Assembly: GCA_003344405.1 (NCBI GenBank)
Contig: NOWV01000308.1
Coordinates: 1-55,086 of the forward strand
DNA from: Trichoplax sp. H2
Lineage: Eukaryota
Length of the DNA: 55,086 bases
Direction of reading: 5' to 3'
Every line of letters begins with the position of its first letter. Position 1 is the first letter of the stretch. Positions 13,380-27,927 of the stretch are shown here, piece by piece. The notes below the pieces were generated by a model, which was given only the letters and a program-made list of their open reading frames with translations, was not told the DNA's origin and made no database searches. The translations under genes and the position numbers were made by a program.

Positions 13380-14715
13380 GACTTTGCCATACGGTCTAGA
13401 AATAATTTGTAACGAATTCATCTACTTAATCAAGCCTGCCGATATAATTTTGTTTTGATTTTATTTGTTGAACTTCGTTTTGCCATCTAGAAATACTTGT
13501 ATCTGAATTCACCTTTAATCAGTCTTGTTAATATTTGTACTAATTCTTCGTTTAATCAATTCTGTTGATTTCATCGCCTTCCTTACACTTCATCTCACGA
13601 TCTAGAAATACTTTTACTGAATTCATCTCCTTAATCAATTCTGTTAATTTAATCTCACTTTTGCACTTCGTCTCACGATCTAGAAATACATGTAATAAAT
13701 TCATCTCTCTAATCAGTTCTGTTGTTTAATTTCCTTGCTTTGTGTTTTAGTTACGATCTAGAAATCCTTGCACTGAATTCATCTGCTAAATCAATCCAGA
13801 TAATTTAATTCTTTTCCTTGCCTCTATCTCACGGTCTAGAAATATTCATATTAAATTTATTTACTCAATCAACCCTGCCTCTTTGTCGCTTTCTTGAACC
13901 AGTATCTCACAATCTAGAACTTAATGCACTAAATTCATCTATTTAATCAATTCTATTGTTTAATTTCATTCCTTGCACGTTATCTCATAATCTAGAAATA
14001 GATATACGGAATTCATCTACTGAATCAATCTTGCTATTTTAATCTCCCTCATTGAATTAATATCTCATAAACTAGAAATAGTTATGCGGAATATATTTAC
14101 TTAATCAATTTAGTTTTTTATCTCCTTCCTAGACGTAATATCTCACAATCTAGAAATACTAGTATCGAATTCATCTACTTCATCAATTCTGTTGTTTTTA
14201 TCTCCTTCTTTTCACTTTGTCTCACGATCTAGAAATAGATAATGCTAAATTTATTTACTTCATCAATTCTGTTATTTTAATCTCCTTCCTTGAACTAATA
14301 TCTCACGATCTAGAAATAGATATACGGAATTTATCTACTTAATTGATCCTATTGCTTCAATCCCTTTCTAGTACGCTTTATCTTACGATCTAGAAATACT
14401 TTTCCGAATTTATTTATAGAACCAGCTTTCTTGCTTTAATGTTATCATTTTAACCTTATTCCTTAGGCTTTATCTCACATCCAGAAATTTTATGCTGAAT
14501 TCATCTATTAATCATTCTTGTTCTGTTATCTTACGGTATAGAAATAATAGTAATAAATTCCTTTATATAATCAACTACGCTATTTTAACCAGGGTCCTTG
14601 TATTTCATCTTATGATCTATAAATAATTGTAGTAAATTCATCTATTCAATCAGGTCAGTTATTTTAATCTTGCTTCTTGCACTTTATCTCGTATAGAAAT
14701 TTCCTATTTAATTCA
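13380..14715. repeat. Degenerate ~78-80 bp satellite, about 17 units, upstream of GPCR copy B
   Basis: TCTAGAAA-type cores at 13601, 13679, 13757, 13835, 13913, 13991, 14071, 14149, 14228, 14309 and 14389 (spacing 78-81), with degenerate units on both sides. Confidence 0.92.
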
Positions 14716-15074
14716 AGTCATTGCAGTGTATTAACTATCACCGAGAGAAATCAATTATTTCATACTATACCAGACTGGGCAATAGAGATGAAACATATGG
14801 TAAAAAAGAATCTATCAAGCTCACATCAATCATTGTGATATTATTAGAAGTTGCCATAATGTTTATGACGCCTATAGTAATACGTCTGCGCTTTCACCAT
14901 ATTGGTATTTCGTCATAGACGTCTATGTGGAAAGTACATATTCACCATTAGTTGGATGGAATGAGTTTCAGTTTTATGCGTTGATTTAATTATCTATTAC
15001 AGAAAATTTGGAAATATTTAGTGTCTTGCATAATCTTCCAGCACTAGAACATTTTTCCTATAAGGCTAAAGAAA

Positions 15075-16088
15075 ATGAACGATTCGGGCAATAGTAATGG
15101 CACAATCGACTATGTTGCAATCAACTCCTATGCTTATGCTGCAGCTGTACCAGCCAGTATTATCGGCTTGATAGCCAATACACTTATGATGTTTATCTTG
15201 ATGAGGTATAAGATATTCCATAAAACAACTTATTTTCTACTTCGTATTTCGGTTGCATCCGATATTATCTCCAATACAACAACGGCCATATCATACTTGA
15301 TTGTAACAGCAATCCATGTTACCTATCCTCTCGGTGTTATATTATGTCGTATTGCAGTTTTTGTTATACTTTCATCTTATGGTATTTCCATAATGACTTT
15401 ATGTATTATTGCGATCGATCGTTACTTTGCTATCGTTAAGCCATTATCATCGTTCTATCGTCGAAATAAGTTCCTACTAATCGGTGGCCTATTAACTGTA
15501 GGTTGTTTATTAACATTTAGTATTACCATCCCAGCATTATTTTTTGTCGATGTTTATCACGATGATACTAAATTTTGCGATTTTAGAAATGTAACACCGC
15601 TAATATCTTTTTATTTTACTATGAGCACCTTTAATTTATACATTATTCCTGCCGTTACTTTAGCTACTAGCTATGGTAATATTATTGTTTATATGAGAAA
15701 TTACGTTCGACCTGGTGAGGATACTAATTTTAATCGTGCTGTAGAAGATCAGAAAAGGAAAAAATTTATTAAAGCATTATCGCTAATCGCTAGCTCCTAT
15801 TTATTAATCAGTTGGCCATTTTTTGCAACAAGCTTAGGTATGGCTATTACAGGAAGCTCACTACGAGAAATACGACGAGTTGGGGTAGTCTATTATCTAT
15901 TGGCATTTTTCTCCTTTTCTACTACAACAGCTATTAGCATTATTAATCCCTTTTTATACTTGAAGTTCGATCACGCTATTCAATTAAAGGCTAAAAGTTT
16001 AATTTCTCAATTGTCTACGATTCGCACTGCAGTCGATTCAAGCAATGACAGTGTCCCCAATTCAACAAATAAAAGTGGGATAGTATGA
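15075..16088 (+). CDS. Intronless class A orphan GPCR, 337 aa, copy B
   Basis: Same motifs as copy A, with about 20 amino-acid differences and no indels. Confidence 0.95.
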   Translation: MNDSGNSNGTIDYVAINSYAYAAAVPASIIGLIANTLMMFILMRYKIFHKTTYFLLRISVASDIISNTTTAISYLIVTAIHVTYPLGVILCRIAVFVILSSYGISIMTLCIIAIDRYFAIVKPLSSFYRRNKFLLIGGLLTVGCLLTFSITIPALFFVDVYHDDTKFCDFRNVTPLISFYFTMSTFNLYIIPAVTLATSYGNIIVYMRNYVRPGEDTNFNRAVEDQKRKKFIKALSLIASSYLLISWPFFATSLGMAITGSSLREIRRVGVVYYLLAFFSFSTTTAISIINPFLYLKFDHAIQLKAKSLISQLSTIRTAVDSSNDSVPNSTNKSGIV

Positions 16089-17399
16089 AAAAATTGATAG
16101 TTATTATACACGAGTATAATCTATCCTTGATAATGATTCCTTATACCACAATTCTATCATCCAATATCAGATAGTTTATAATTGTAGAATAATGTAACAT
16201 TTTATAAAGTTTTTCTCATCCTCTAAGACATGTGATATAATTCGCCATCTATTCATTTCCCCCATCTTATTCAAATGAGTTAACAATTGCTTTATTTATA
16301 AGCTTTTATTGAATAATAATTGATCGCGGCAAAATCTAGCGAGTTGTCAGTATCTTTATTAATTATGAATTATTCCTGTTTCTAATTCTATTTATTATTA
16401 CTAATATAGTAATTGATATTGTAAATTATCAATGGACAAGATGGCTAGGCTAATACGTAAAATTAAGATAGACTTCAATGGAAAGATCATTTTATACTTG
16501 GTATTAGACCATTGCTAATGAATTTTAATCATTATCTTATATACCATAGCATAGCTTCAATAATTGTAATTAATTAATGTAGTCTATATTTTTTGGCAGA
16601 TAAGCAATTTGTCACGTACATTATCCTTATGCAAGGTTAATTTTATATTCATTCCGTACAATATGAAATAAATTAGTAAAATTCAAAATCGAGGTATTGA
16701 AATTGAAAAATAGACGCCTATGCGATATTTATTAATTGATAACTGTATATTATTATTACTCTTTAAACTAGTCACGTTGACTACGTAAGCTTTAAAAAAA
16801 TGAGTTCAATTGGTGTGTTTTGATCATATTTACGGATTACTATGTTCAGAATATCCTTTTAAAATGCGATTATTGTTCGTAAAGAATAATTTCTCTTGTC
16901 ATTTTTACTTATTGTAGATGGATTAATAAAATGCAAAGTAATATTTACTGTTTTATATCGTGCTAAATATTGAACTGTCACGTAAATTGTTCGCTGGTCT
17001 GCAGAATGTATAAATAGATATACTATAATTTAAACTTGCATCCTAAAGCGTAGAATCCTCCTACTGTATAATGGTGAAAGACCGTGATATAGGTATTAAT
17101 AATAATAACATTAGTAGACTCGTTGCTAGAGCGATTATTAATATTTTAATGACGTAGGTTTAATGTCGGCATTCAAAATACTATAGTAATTCTACATATG
17201 TACGCGTATAGCAAACTATACGAACGAACCTATAGTCGTCATTAGAGATAATCGAATTTTCAATGCATTTATAGGCTGGCATAAAAATGTCCCAAACTTA
17301 TTAATTAAGGTGAATAACAGGCTCTCTAAGTCAACCGGCAGAGACTATGCGAGTATAGTGAATACAGTAGCCGATCTACTATGCTGGTAGATTTTATTG

Positions 17400-18220
17400 C
17401 TTTTTCATAAGGAGTGCCCTTAAACCTACTATACATCTATTTTATAGCAGTTTAACAGACTCCATGTTCAAACTGCCATAATAATATCCTATACGTACTA
17501 GCGTATACATTAAGCTGTTTGAGCTGGTCATTTTTTTATAGAGAGTGGCGTGTAACCTTCTATTTTATAGCAGTTTAGCGGACTACATGTTTAAAATGCT
17601 GTCAATAGAAACATATCCTATATGTACTAACGTACATATTATTAAGCTGCAGTAAATGATCGCGTTTTCTACATCTATTTCGTAGCAGTTTAACAGACTC
17701 CATATTCAAACTGCTATAAAAAATATCCTATACTAAACACAGTAACATATACATTAAGCTATTTGAGCCGGTCGTTTTTCATAAGGAGTAGCATGCAACT
17801 TTCTACATCTATTTTATAACAGTTTAGCAGATTCTATGTATAAACCGCTGAAAAAAATATCTTATATTGAATGTGCTACGGTGCACATGAAGCTGTTTGA
17901 GCTGGTCGTTTTTTCTGCAGCAGTTTAAAAGACTACGCGTTCAATCTCTGCAAATATAGATCCTGTATATTTTAAGGTGTACATTAACCTGTTTGAGCTA
18001 GTCATTTTTCCTACATCTATTTACAGCAATTTAACATACTACATGCTCAAATTGTTGCAAAAAATATCCTAAACATACTAACGTGGACATTAAGCTGTTG
18101 CTCATCATAGGAGTGGCACTTAACCTACATTTATTACATCAGTTTAGCAGACTACCTGCTCAAGCTGCTGCAAATACCCTTAAATACTATGATATAGATG
18201 CAGCTGTTTGAGCTAGTCTA
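17400..18220. repeat. Degenerate tandem repeat, ~100-135 bp unit, about 7 copies
   Basis: Recurring CTACATCTATTTTATAGCAGTTTA.CAGACT.CATG.TCAAA.TGC...ATATCCTA...ACATTAAGCTGTTTGAGCTGGTC. Only about 2 units are present at the paralogous site 6900-7060. Confidence 0.85.
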
Positions 18221-18599
18221 GTATAGAGAATGTTAAATATACGGTATAATTTGTAATAGGAATCATATGGGCCCAGTCTGCTAGCCTCCATGCTGTACAC
18301 TGTCCGGTGATCAATATTGCATAGATTCTAGTATACACAAATTGGCTGTATGCGTTAGTTCTCTATGATATTGGTTAACAGTCCAGAAGACCTCCCCTCC
18401 ATCACCGTGACAACCGCAACATCCAGGAACATTATCGTTGATGTTTGCTTCTCTTACATCTCTACTTACAGAGTAATCTATAGAAGAATAGTTTTACTGT
18501 ACTTGCCAATTACTTACAATCGATACGATTATTTTGCATGATTGAAACCTATACGAAGTATTAGATCAAGATCGTTTTCTAATTGGAATTGTAGCAGAC

Positions 18600-21068
18600 A
18601 TGTCGAAAATACCTTTGCGATTCGCTGCTAATATTACCACCATGTTTACAGAGATTGCTAATTTTGCTGATCGGTATGGAGCTGCAGCTGCAGCAGGTAA
18701 AGCTTGAATAAACGTAATTGGACCCTCTGTAAAGTCTTTGTGATGTTACCTTAAGCAGTCTTCCAATAATGTCGATGATTAGAAATGATAATAAGCGATC
18801 AAGAATGCATAGATGATTTTAAACTTGTACTCAGTATCGTAGCTCATTGGGCCTGTCAGTACATCTTCACTTTGCTCGCATTATTATTATTATTGCACAG
18901 GATGATTTGGTCTATATCAATAATTGAAAGAAAGGTCTATTTCAACTATACTGTAATCGATCATTCTCATCAAAGCAATTGATGCTATCTATAGGATATC
19001 TTCGAGATGTGATCAGTTCTTAGCTACGCCTACACCTTCTGGAGCATTTGTTTGATATTGGATACGTATATGTTATATAGACAGTATCATGATTAAAACC
19101 TTAACACGTAGTGTATACTTATTCTATAATTAATCTTACAGCGAGATCAATTTCTTATATAAAGAATGCTAGTAATTTGCTGATAATAAATAATTTCATG
19201 CTAGGCTTCAAAGGTGTTGAATGCATGTTTCCATACATGGTACCTGTGGAACAGCTGAAAGCGGTAAAGGAAAGTGCTGGAGTAGATCATGTACTAATGA
19301 ACGCTATTCCAGGTGTACTATTTGATTACTTCACTGCTTTAGACTGTTTAGGATTATGATAGTATTTGTTATGTTGGTAATGCTGGTCTATAAATAGTTT
19401 ACAAAGCACATTGGGAGTCTGCTGCCATCAATGCTACAAGATCTTATTCATATCGATAGATGATTTATCCAGTTTGCATTTTGTCCAGGAAACTGGGAAG
19501 CAGGTGATCGAGGGATTGCCGCGATTCCAGGTCGAGAAAATGAATTCAGAGATAGCTTACAGAAATCGTTGCTGTACGCAAAAACTCTTCAATGCAAAAG
19601 GTTTGTTTAGCCAAATTATTTCATATTTATATCAGTATTGCAACATATATATGCAATTCATTGCGTATCTGTACGTATACTACTGTACACATTTACCTAA
19701 TATATTGATGAATTTATGATACAAACCATAGTATAACTACAACAAGAGCCTAAAAGGCTAAAGCAAATCTTTTTTATTATGCAATGTAATATCCAAGCAT
19801 GCTATTGTACCTTCTAGACAAAATAAATTATCGTTCTAATTTAAAATTTCATTTCCTTATTTTGATTTCATTAGAATTCATGTTATGGCGGGTTTATTAC
19901 CAAAATCCTACGTCAATGCTAGTGTCAGCGAACAGCGGGAATTGTGGCGCGATTATAGTACTGTCTATGTTCGTAATATGCAGTACGCTGCTGATCTATT
20001 TCGTCAGGCAAGTTTTGTAATTGGTAGTGAATTATAGATTCCTATGCAATATTAGAACTGATTGAAACTCATAAGTGTAGTAAACACTATTGATAATATC
20101 ATAATGATTAAATAGACAAGAAAAATAATTGCTTATCAAGATAGATCAACTTTTAGAGCTTGTCATTTTCTATGTAACTTTAGGAAGATATCACGCTCCT
20201 AATTGAGCCTATCAATTCCAAATTGTCTATACCTCTCTATTTCGTAGATACTCATATTAAAGGTAAAGAACCTATTTACGCAGCTTTTATCAACAATTTT
20301 GTTCCGATTATATCTGATTTTTGCTATTTTACGTATTGACTGAATCTCCTCTACTAAATAAATTACCTAGCGTTGGAATTGATAAGGGCAATCGATAGAG
20401 AAAATGTAAAACTGCAACTTGTAAGTATCCTTTCACTATGCGTAACCGTAGTTTCAATGCAACGCGATTGTGTACAGCCTCATGATGGATTCTATTCTAG
20501 ACATATCCTAGCGTCCTTTAACTTAAAAACGTAGTACTCTTGCTACATTAGGACTTGTTTCACATCCAAGTGGCTAATGGCAACTTAACAAAGACACTGC
20601 ATGAGATCTTCAAAGATATTGGTAGGCGATATTTGCTAGGGACATAAAAATGCACTGCTCCAGAAGAGTTCAAAGATACATCATGTTTTATTTTAAAAAG
20701 GTCACATTCAAATTAGTCAAGTTCCAAACCGCAATGAACCGGATGAAATCGGTGAAATAAACTATCCTTACATATTTAATACTTTACAGAAACTGGGTTA
20801 TAATGGCTGGATTGGCTGTGAGTACTTTCCAAGAGGTGCGACTAATATATTTGTCATAACAAAACATATTAATATAGATATTCATTTTTCGAATTTATAT
20901 CACAAATTCGAATGCACACATATATATATTTTAACATATTCACATGATAAAGCGCTATCATAAGTTCATTCGTACGAGCAGGTTATAATAATAAACAACT
21001 TCTTCTGCCGCTCTAAACTAGGAAAAACATTGGAAGGACTCGAGTGGGCTCAGAAATACTTGCACTAA
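18600..21068 (+). CDS. HYI: Hydroxypyruvate isomerase (xylose isomerase-like TIM barrel), 9 exons, 276 aa
   Basis: Exons 18600-18696, 19205-19312, 19489-19600, 19875-20007, 20184-20262, 20371-20420, 20552-20621, 20701-20835 and 21022-21068 join in frame (831 nt). They give [56 protein letters not shown] and GWIGCEY. Confidence 0.95.
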
Positions 21069-21096
21069 ATTTCTATTGTTGGATAACTTTAACAGT

Positions 21097-24873
<3,777 letters not shown>

Positions 24874-24984
24874 CTTCAAGGATAGAATAACCAAGATGAG
24901 GAAAAGAATACAAATGAAAACACCAAATAGGGGGTGGAAAAAAAGTGCGGAAGCAAAACGAGGGATGATCTCTGGCAGGTAATA

Positions 24985-24993
24985 CGCGCCAAA
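24985..24993 (-). promoter_or_regulatory. Candidate E2F binding site TTTGGCGCG
   Basis: Matches the TTTSSCGC consensus about 112 nt upstream of the proposed RRM2 ATG, in an otherwise CpG-poor window. Confidence 0.6.
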
Positions 24994-25183
24994 TTAATGC
25001 TTTAAATACGGTCGATACAAGATCAGACATGCCTAGCACTGTACTACAGGAGCAAAAAGAATGTCCGCCATGATAAAAAAAAATGGCATCAAGGGGATGA
25101 CAATTGCTTTGCAAAGGGCAAGATTACAGTTCCATCATGGTCATTTCTTTGTACTGTACGTATTGTACTGTACACTGTACACC

Positions 25184-25238
25184 AGGGCGGTCGTTTGGGC
25201 CTTGGCTGTCTGTCTGTCTTATCCCCCGCCCCGCCCCC
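25184..25238. promoter_or_regulatory. GC-box (Sp/KLF-type) cluster
   Basis: GGGCGG near 25185 and CCCCCGCCCCGCCCCC at 25223-25238, upstream of RRM2. Confidence 0.45.
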
Positions 25239-25261
25239 AGGTCAAATAAGTCAACAGTGCC

Positions 25262-25877
25262 GTCGCTGGCTATTCATGGCGTCTTGAACAGTTCATGAGT
25301 TAGTCAACAAAAATGGAAAGTATGCACTAAAATCGGGCCAGAAAGATGCAGCTGGCCTCTTTCTTCTTGGTGTTGATAGCCGCTTAGACTTAGGAATGCG
25401 TAGCAATGAGCTAAAGTGATGGCGATCTATCCGCTGTATACGTCCTATTGCTTTGATTGTACAATGCAGTCGCTGGCTATTCATGGCGTCTTGAACAGTT
25501 CGTGAGTTAGTCAACAAAAATGGAAAGTATGCACTAAAATCGGGCCAGAAAGATGCAGCTGGCCTCTTTCTTCTTGGTGTTGATAGCCGCTTAGACTTAG
25601 AAATGCATAGTAATGAGCTAAAGTGATGGCGATCTATCCGCTGTATACTTCCTATTGTTTTGACTGTACAATGCAGTCGCTGGCTATTCATGGCGTCTTG
25701 AACAGTTCGTGAGTTAGTCAACAAAAATGGAAAGTATGCTTTAAAATCGGGCCAGGAAGATGCCGCTGCCCTCTTTCTTCTTGGTGTTGATAGCCGCTTA
25801 GACTTGGAAATGCATAGCAATGAGCTAAAGTGATGGCGATCTATCCGCTGTATACGTCCTATTGCTTTGATTGTACA
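25262..25877. repeat. Young tandem repeat, 207 bp x 3
   Basis: GTCGCTGGCTATTCATGGCGTC starts at 25262, 25469 and 25676. The copies differ only by scattered substitutions. Confidence 0.97.
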
Positions 25878-26340
25878 GTGTACAATACAGTAAGCGTATT
25901 ATTAAGGCGAAATGGAGTCATTTCTGCCTTGGTTGGCTGATGGTTATAGACTATGGAGTCAGAGAGACCATCAACTACTATTTATTAATGAATTATATTA
26001 TGGGTAAAAATGACAAGGCTGGCTGTATTTTACCAGCCATTGCGATTGTAATTCTACTCCATAGACTACCATTCGAAATTTTTTCAATTTCGATCTAGAA
26101 TTTCCAGTCGTCCCAAGCTAGAATTGGACATCGTCATGTCAGAGTTGACATGCAGAGTATGCAGAACTGTAGTTGTGCATAGCTAGAGAAAGAGTTAGCC
26201 TGCACATGGTTGCCCTGTAGTGTAATATATAACCTTGCTGAAACTTGAGTTATATTGTAGCATCGACAATTGGAGATATAGTAGAAAGAAAGCTGCAGGT
26301 TAGAGGGTACAATGTTGAATAACCTATACTGGTAACTGTA

Positions 26341-26568
26341 CAGGGTGTCAAAGAATTATCCCCGCGCAAAAAAGAACACTTTTTTGCGATTAATTAAAAT
26401 ATAACATCAATAAAACTTATACCATTCGAAAGCTTGCAGCTTTCAAGTTTTCAGATTATGATAGGTTATTTATTACTCTACATTTTGGTACATTTTTTGG
26501 CAAATTACTGCTCGATTTGGCTATACTAATTTTAAATTTGTGCGCTGGGATAATTTTTGGACACCCTG
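26341..26568. mobile_element. MITE, Tc1/mariner-type, 228 bp
   Basis: Left end TA|CAGGGTGTCAAAGAATTATCCCCGCGCAAAAA versus reverse complement of right end TA|CAGGGTGTCCAAAAATTATCCCAGCGCACAAA: about 32 bp imperfect TIRs and a TA target duplication. Internal palindrome GAAAGCTtgcAGCTTTC; no ORF. Confidence 0.9.
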
Positions 26569-27049
26569 TATAACTGTGTACGTTATACAGTATATGTTAC
26601 TGCATATACGAAGCGAGTATATCAAAAAATAGGCTTCGGTAGTGGGCAGGTATACCTTCTGCAATGATATACGTACAACGATACATTTATGTTATGAAAT
26701 GGAAAATGGCGCAGTCTTGCCTTCTCAAGTTTACCTTGAAATAATCAACGGATACTGTAGCAAGTGTTTCCGACAACACTAGCTGCATAGCTTGTTGTGA
26801 TTCTTTTCATTCAGGAATTGACTGTATTTTGCACCGTCTCGATCTGTCTTCTGTTGTACTGTATTTTGGGATAAATTTTAAACAGTCCATCAATCAATCA
26901 ATGGAATGAAATTAAATTAATTAATAATCCTACTCAAAATTTCCTTCCAGGCAGTGCACCTCCCTCTTGTTACCATTCACATTCAACATGAGCCAACTAC
27001 AGAATTCCCGTACGTTGCAATCGCATCGTTGCTAGACATGAATGTCGGC

Positions 27050-27680
27050 AACTCCTTTCTCAGTCCATGATAGCTTGTCAAACTGACTTGCACAGCTGGT
27101 CTCACGGTCTATTTTGAGTACGAGAAATTGGGTATTCCTACTGATTGCCATTTTACAAGACCTAATGTTGATCAACAGCTGCATTCTTAGTCCGTTATGA
27201 TAGCTTGTCAAGCCCACTTGTAGTGCTTTCCTCACTACCTATTTTTACTGTGAGAAATCGAAAGATGTTGTTAATACGACTAAGCCATAGCAGCAATAGA
27301 AGTTGCATGTTATGTATGATGGCCATTTTCAAGATCTGAGCTTTATTAGCTTCTTTCTTAGCCTGATATAGCTTGTATCGCTTACAGTATAGTTTGCAGT
27401 AAAGAATTAGAAGACGTTTTAATACAATCATGCAAAAATTATATTAGAAATTAAGACATTTCACCGATGATAAATTTATAAGGTCTGAGCTTTTATCAGC
27501 TATTTTCTCAGTCCATGATAGCTTATCAAACTCACTTATACAGTACTGTAGAACAGCTCTAATACGATTAGAGCTTGCCTCACTTACTGTCTATTTATAC
27601 AGCAAGAAATTGATAGATATTTTATTACAACTATATAATAATTGGCTATTCCACTGATTGCAATTTGCAAGACCTTGATC
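27050..27680. repeat. Degenerate ~130-170 bp repeat upstream of RPF1, about 4 copies
   Basis: CT.AGTCC.TGATAGCTT.TCAA.C..ACTT recurs near 27059, 27187, 27357 and 27507. Confidence 0.7.
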
Positions 27681-27927
27681 ATCCGCTGTCATCTCTGTCT
27701 CAGCCATATTAACAGGCATATACGGACGGATGGACGAAGGAGAATGGCTAGTCGGGTTCCTCAAGTGGCATTAGCCTAGCCTACTGTTCAATGTTCCGTA
27801 CGTGTAGGCGAAATCCATGACTTTGACTGCTATCCTTGAGAGTTTAAAATCGACCTCATGCCTGCAACCTTTGGATCGATTTCTCTTTGAGCCATTTTTC
27901 ATCTTAATTGCCAACTCAAGAAGCAAA

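Larger units (their letters stand above)
11340..17490. repeat. Segmental duplication, copy B (GPCR unit)
   Basis: Colinear, diverged counterpart of about 560-7020. Confidence 0.9.

Noticed and set aside
13380..14715. CRISPR-like appearance of regularly spaced conserved cores
   Set aside because: The intervening sequences are homologous to each other rather than unique spacers, there are no cas genes, and the context is eukaryotic. It is a degenerate satellite.
13380..14715. 78-nt period as coding repeats (LRR or zinc finger)
   Set aside because: The period varies from 78 to 81, and the conserved core and TTAATC introduce stops. There is no ORF.
25293..25820. 175-aa minus-strand ORF
   Set aside because: It is simply a 69-codon unit repeated three times, with a non-ATG start and no recognisable domain. 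One stop-free frame in a 207-nt unit is plausible by chance.
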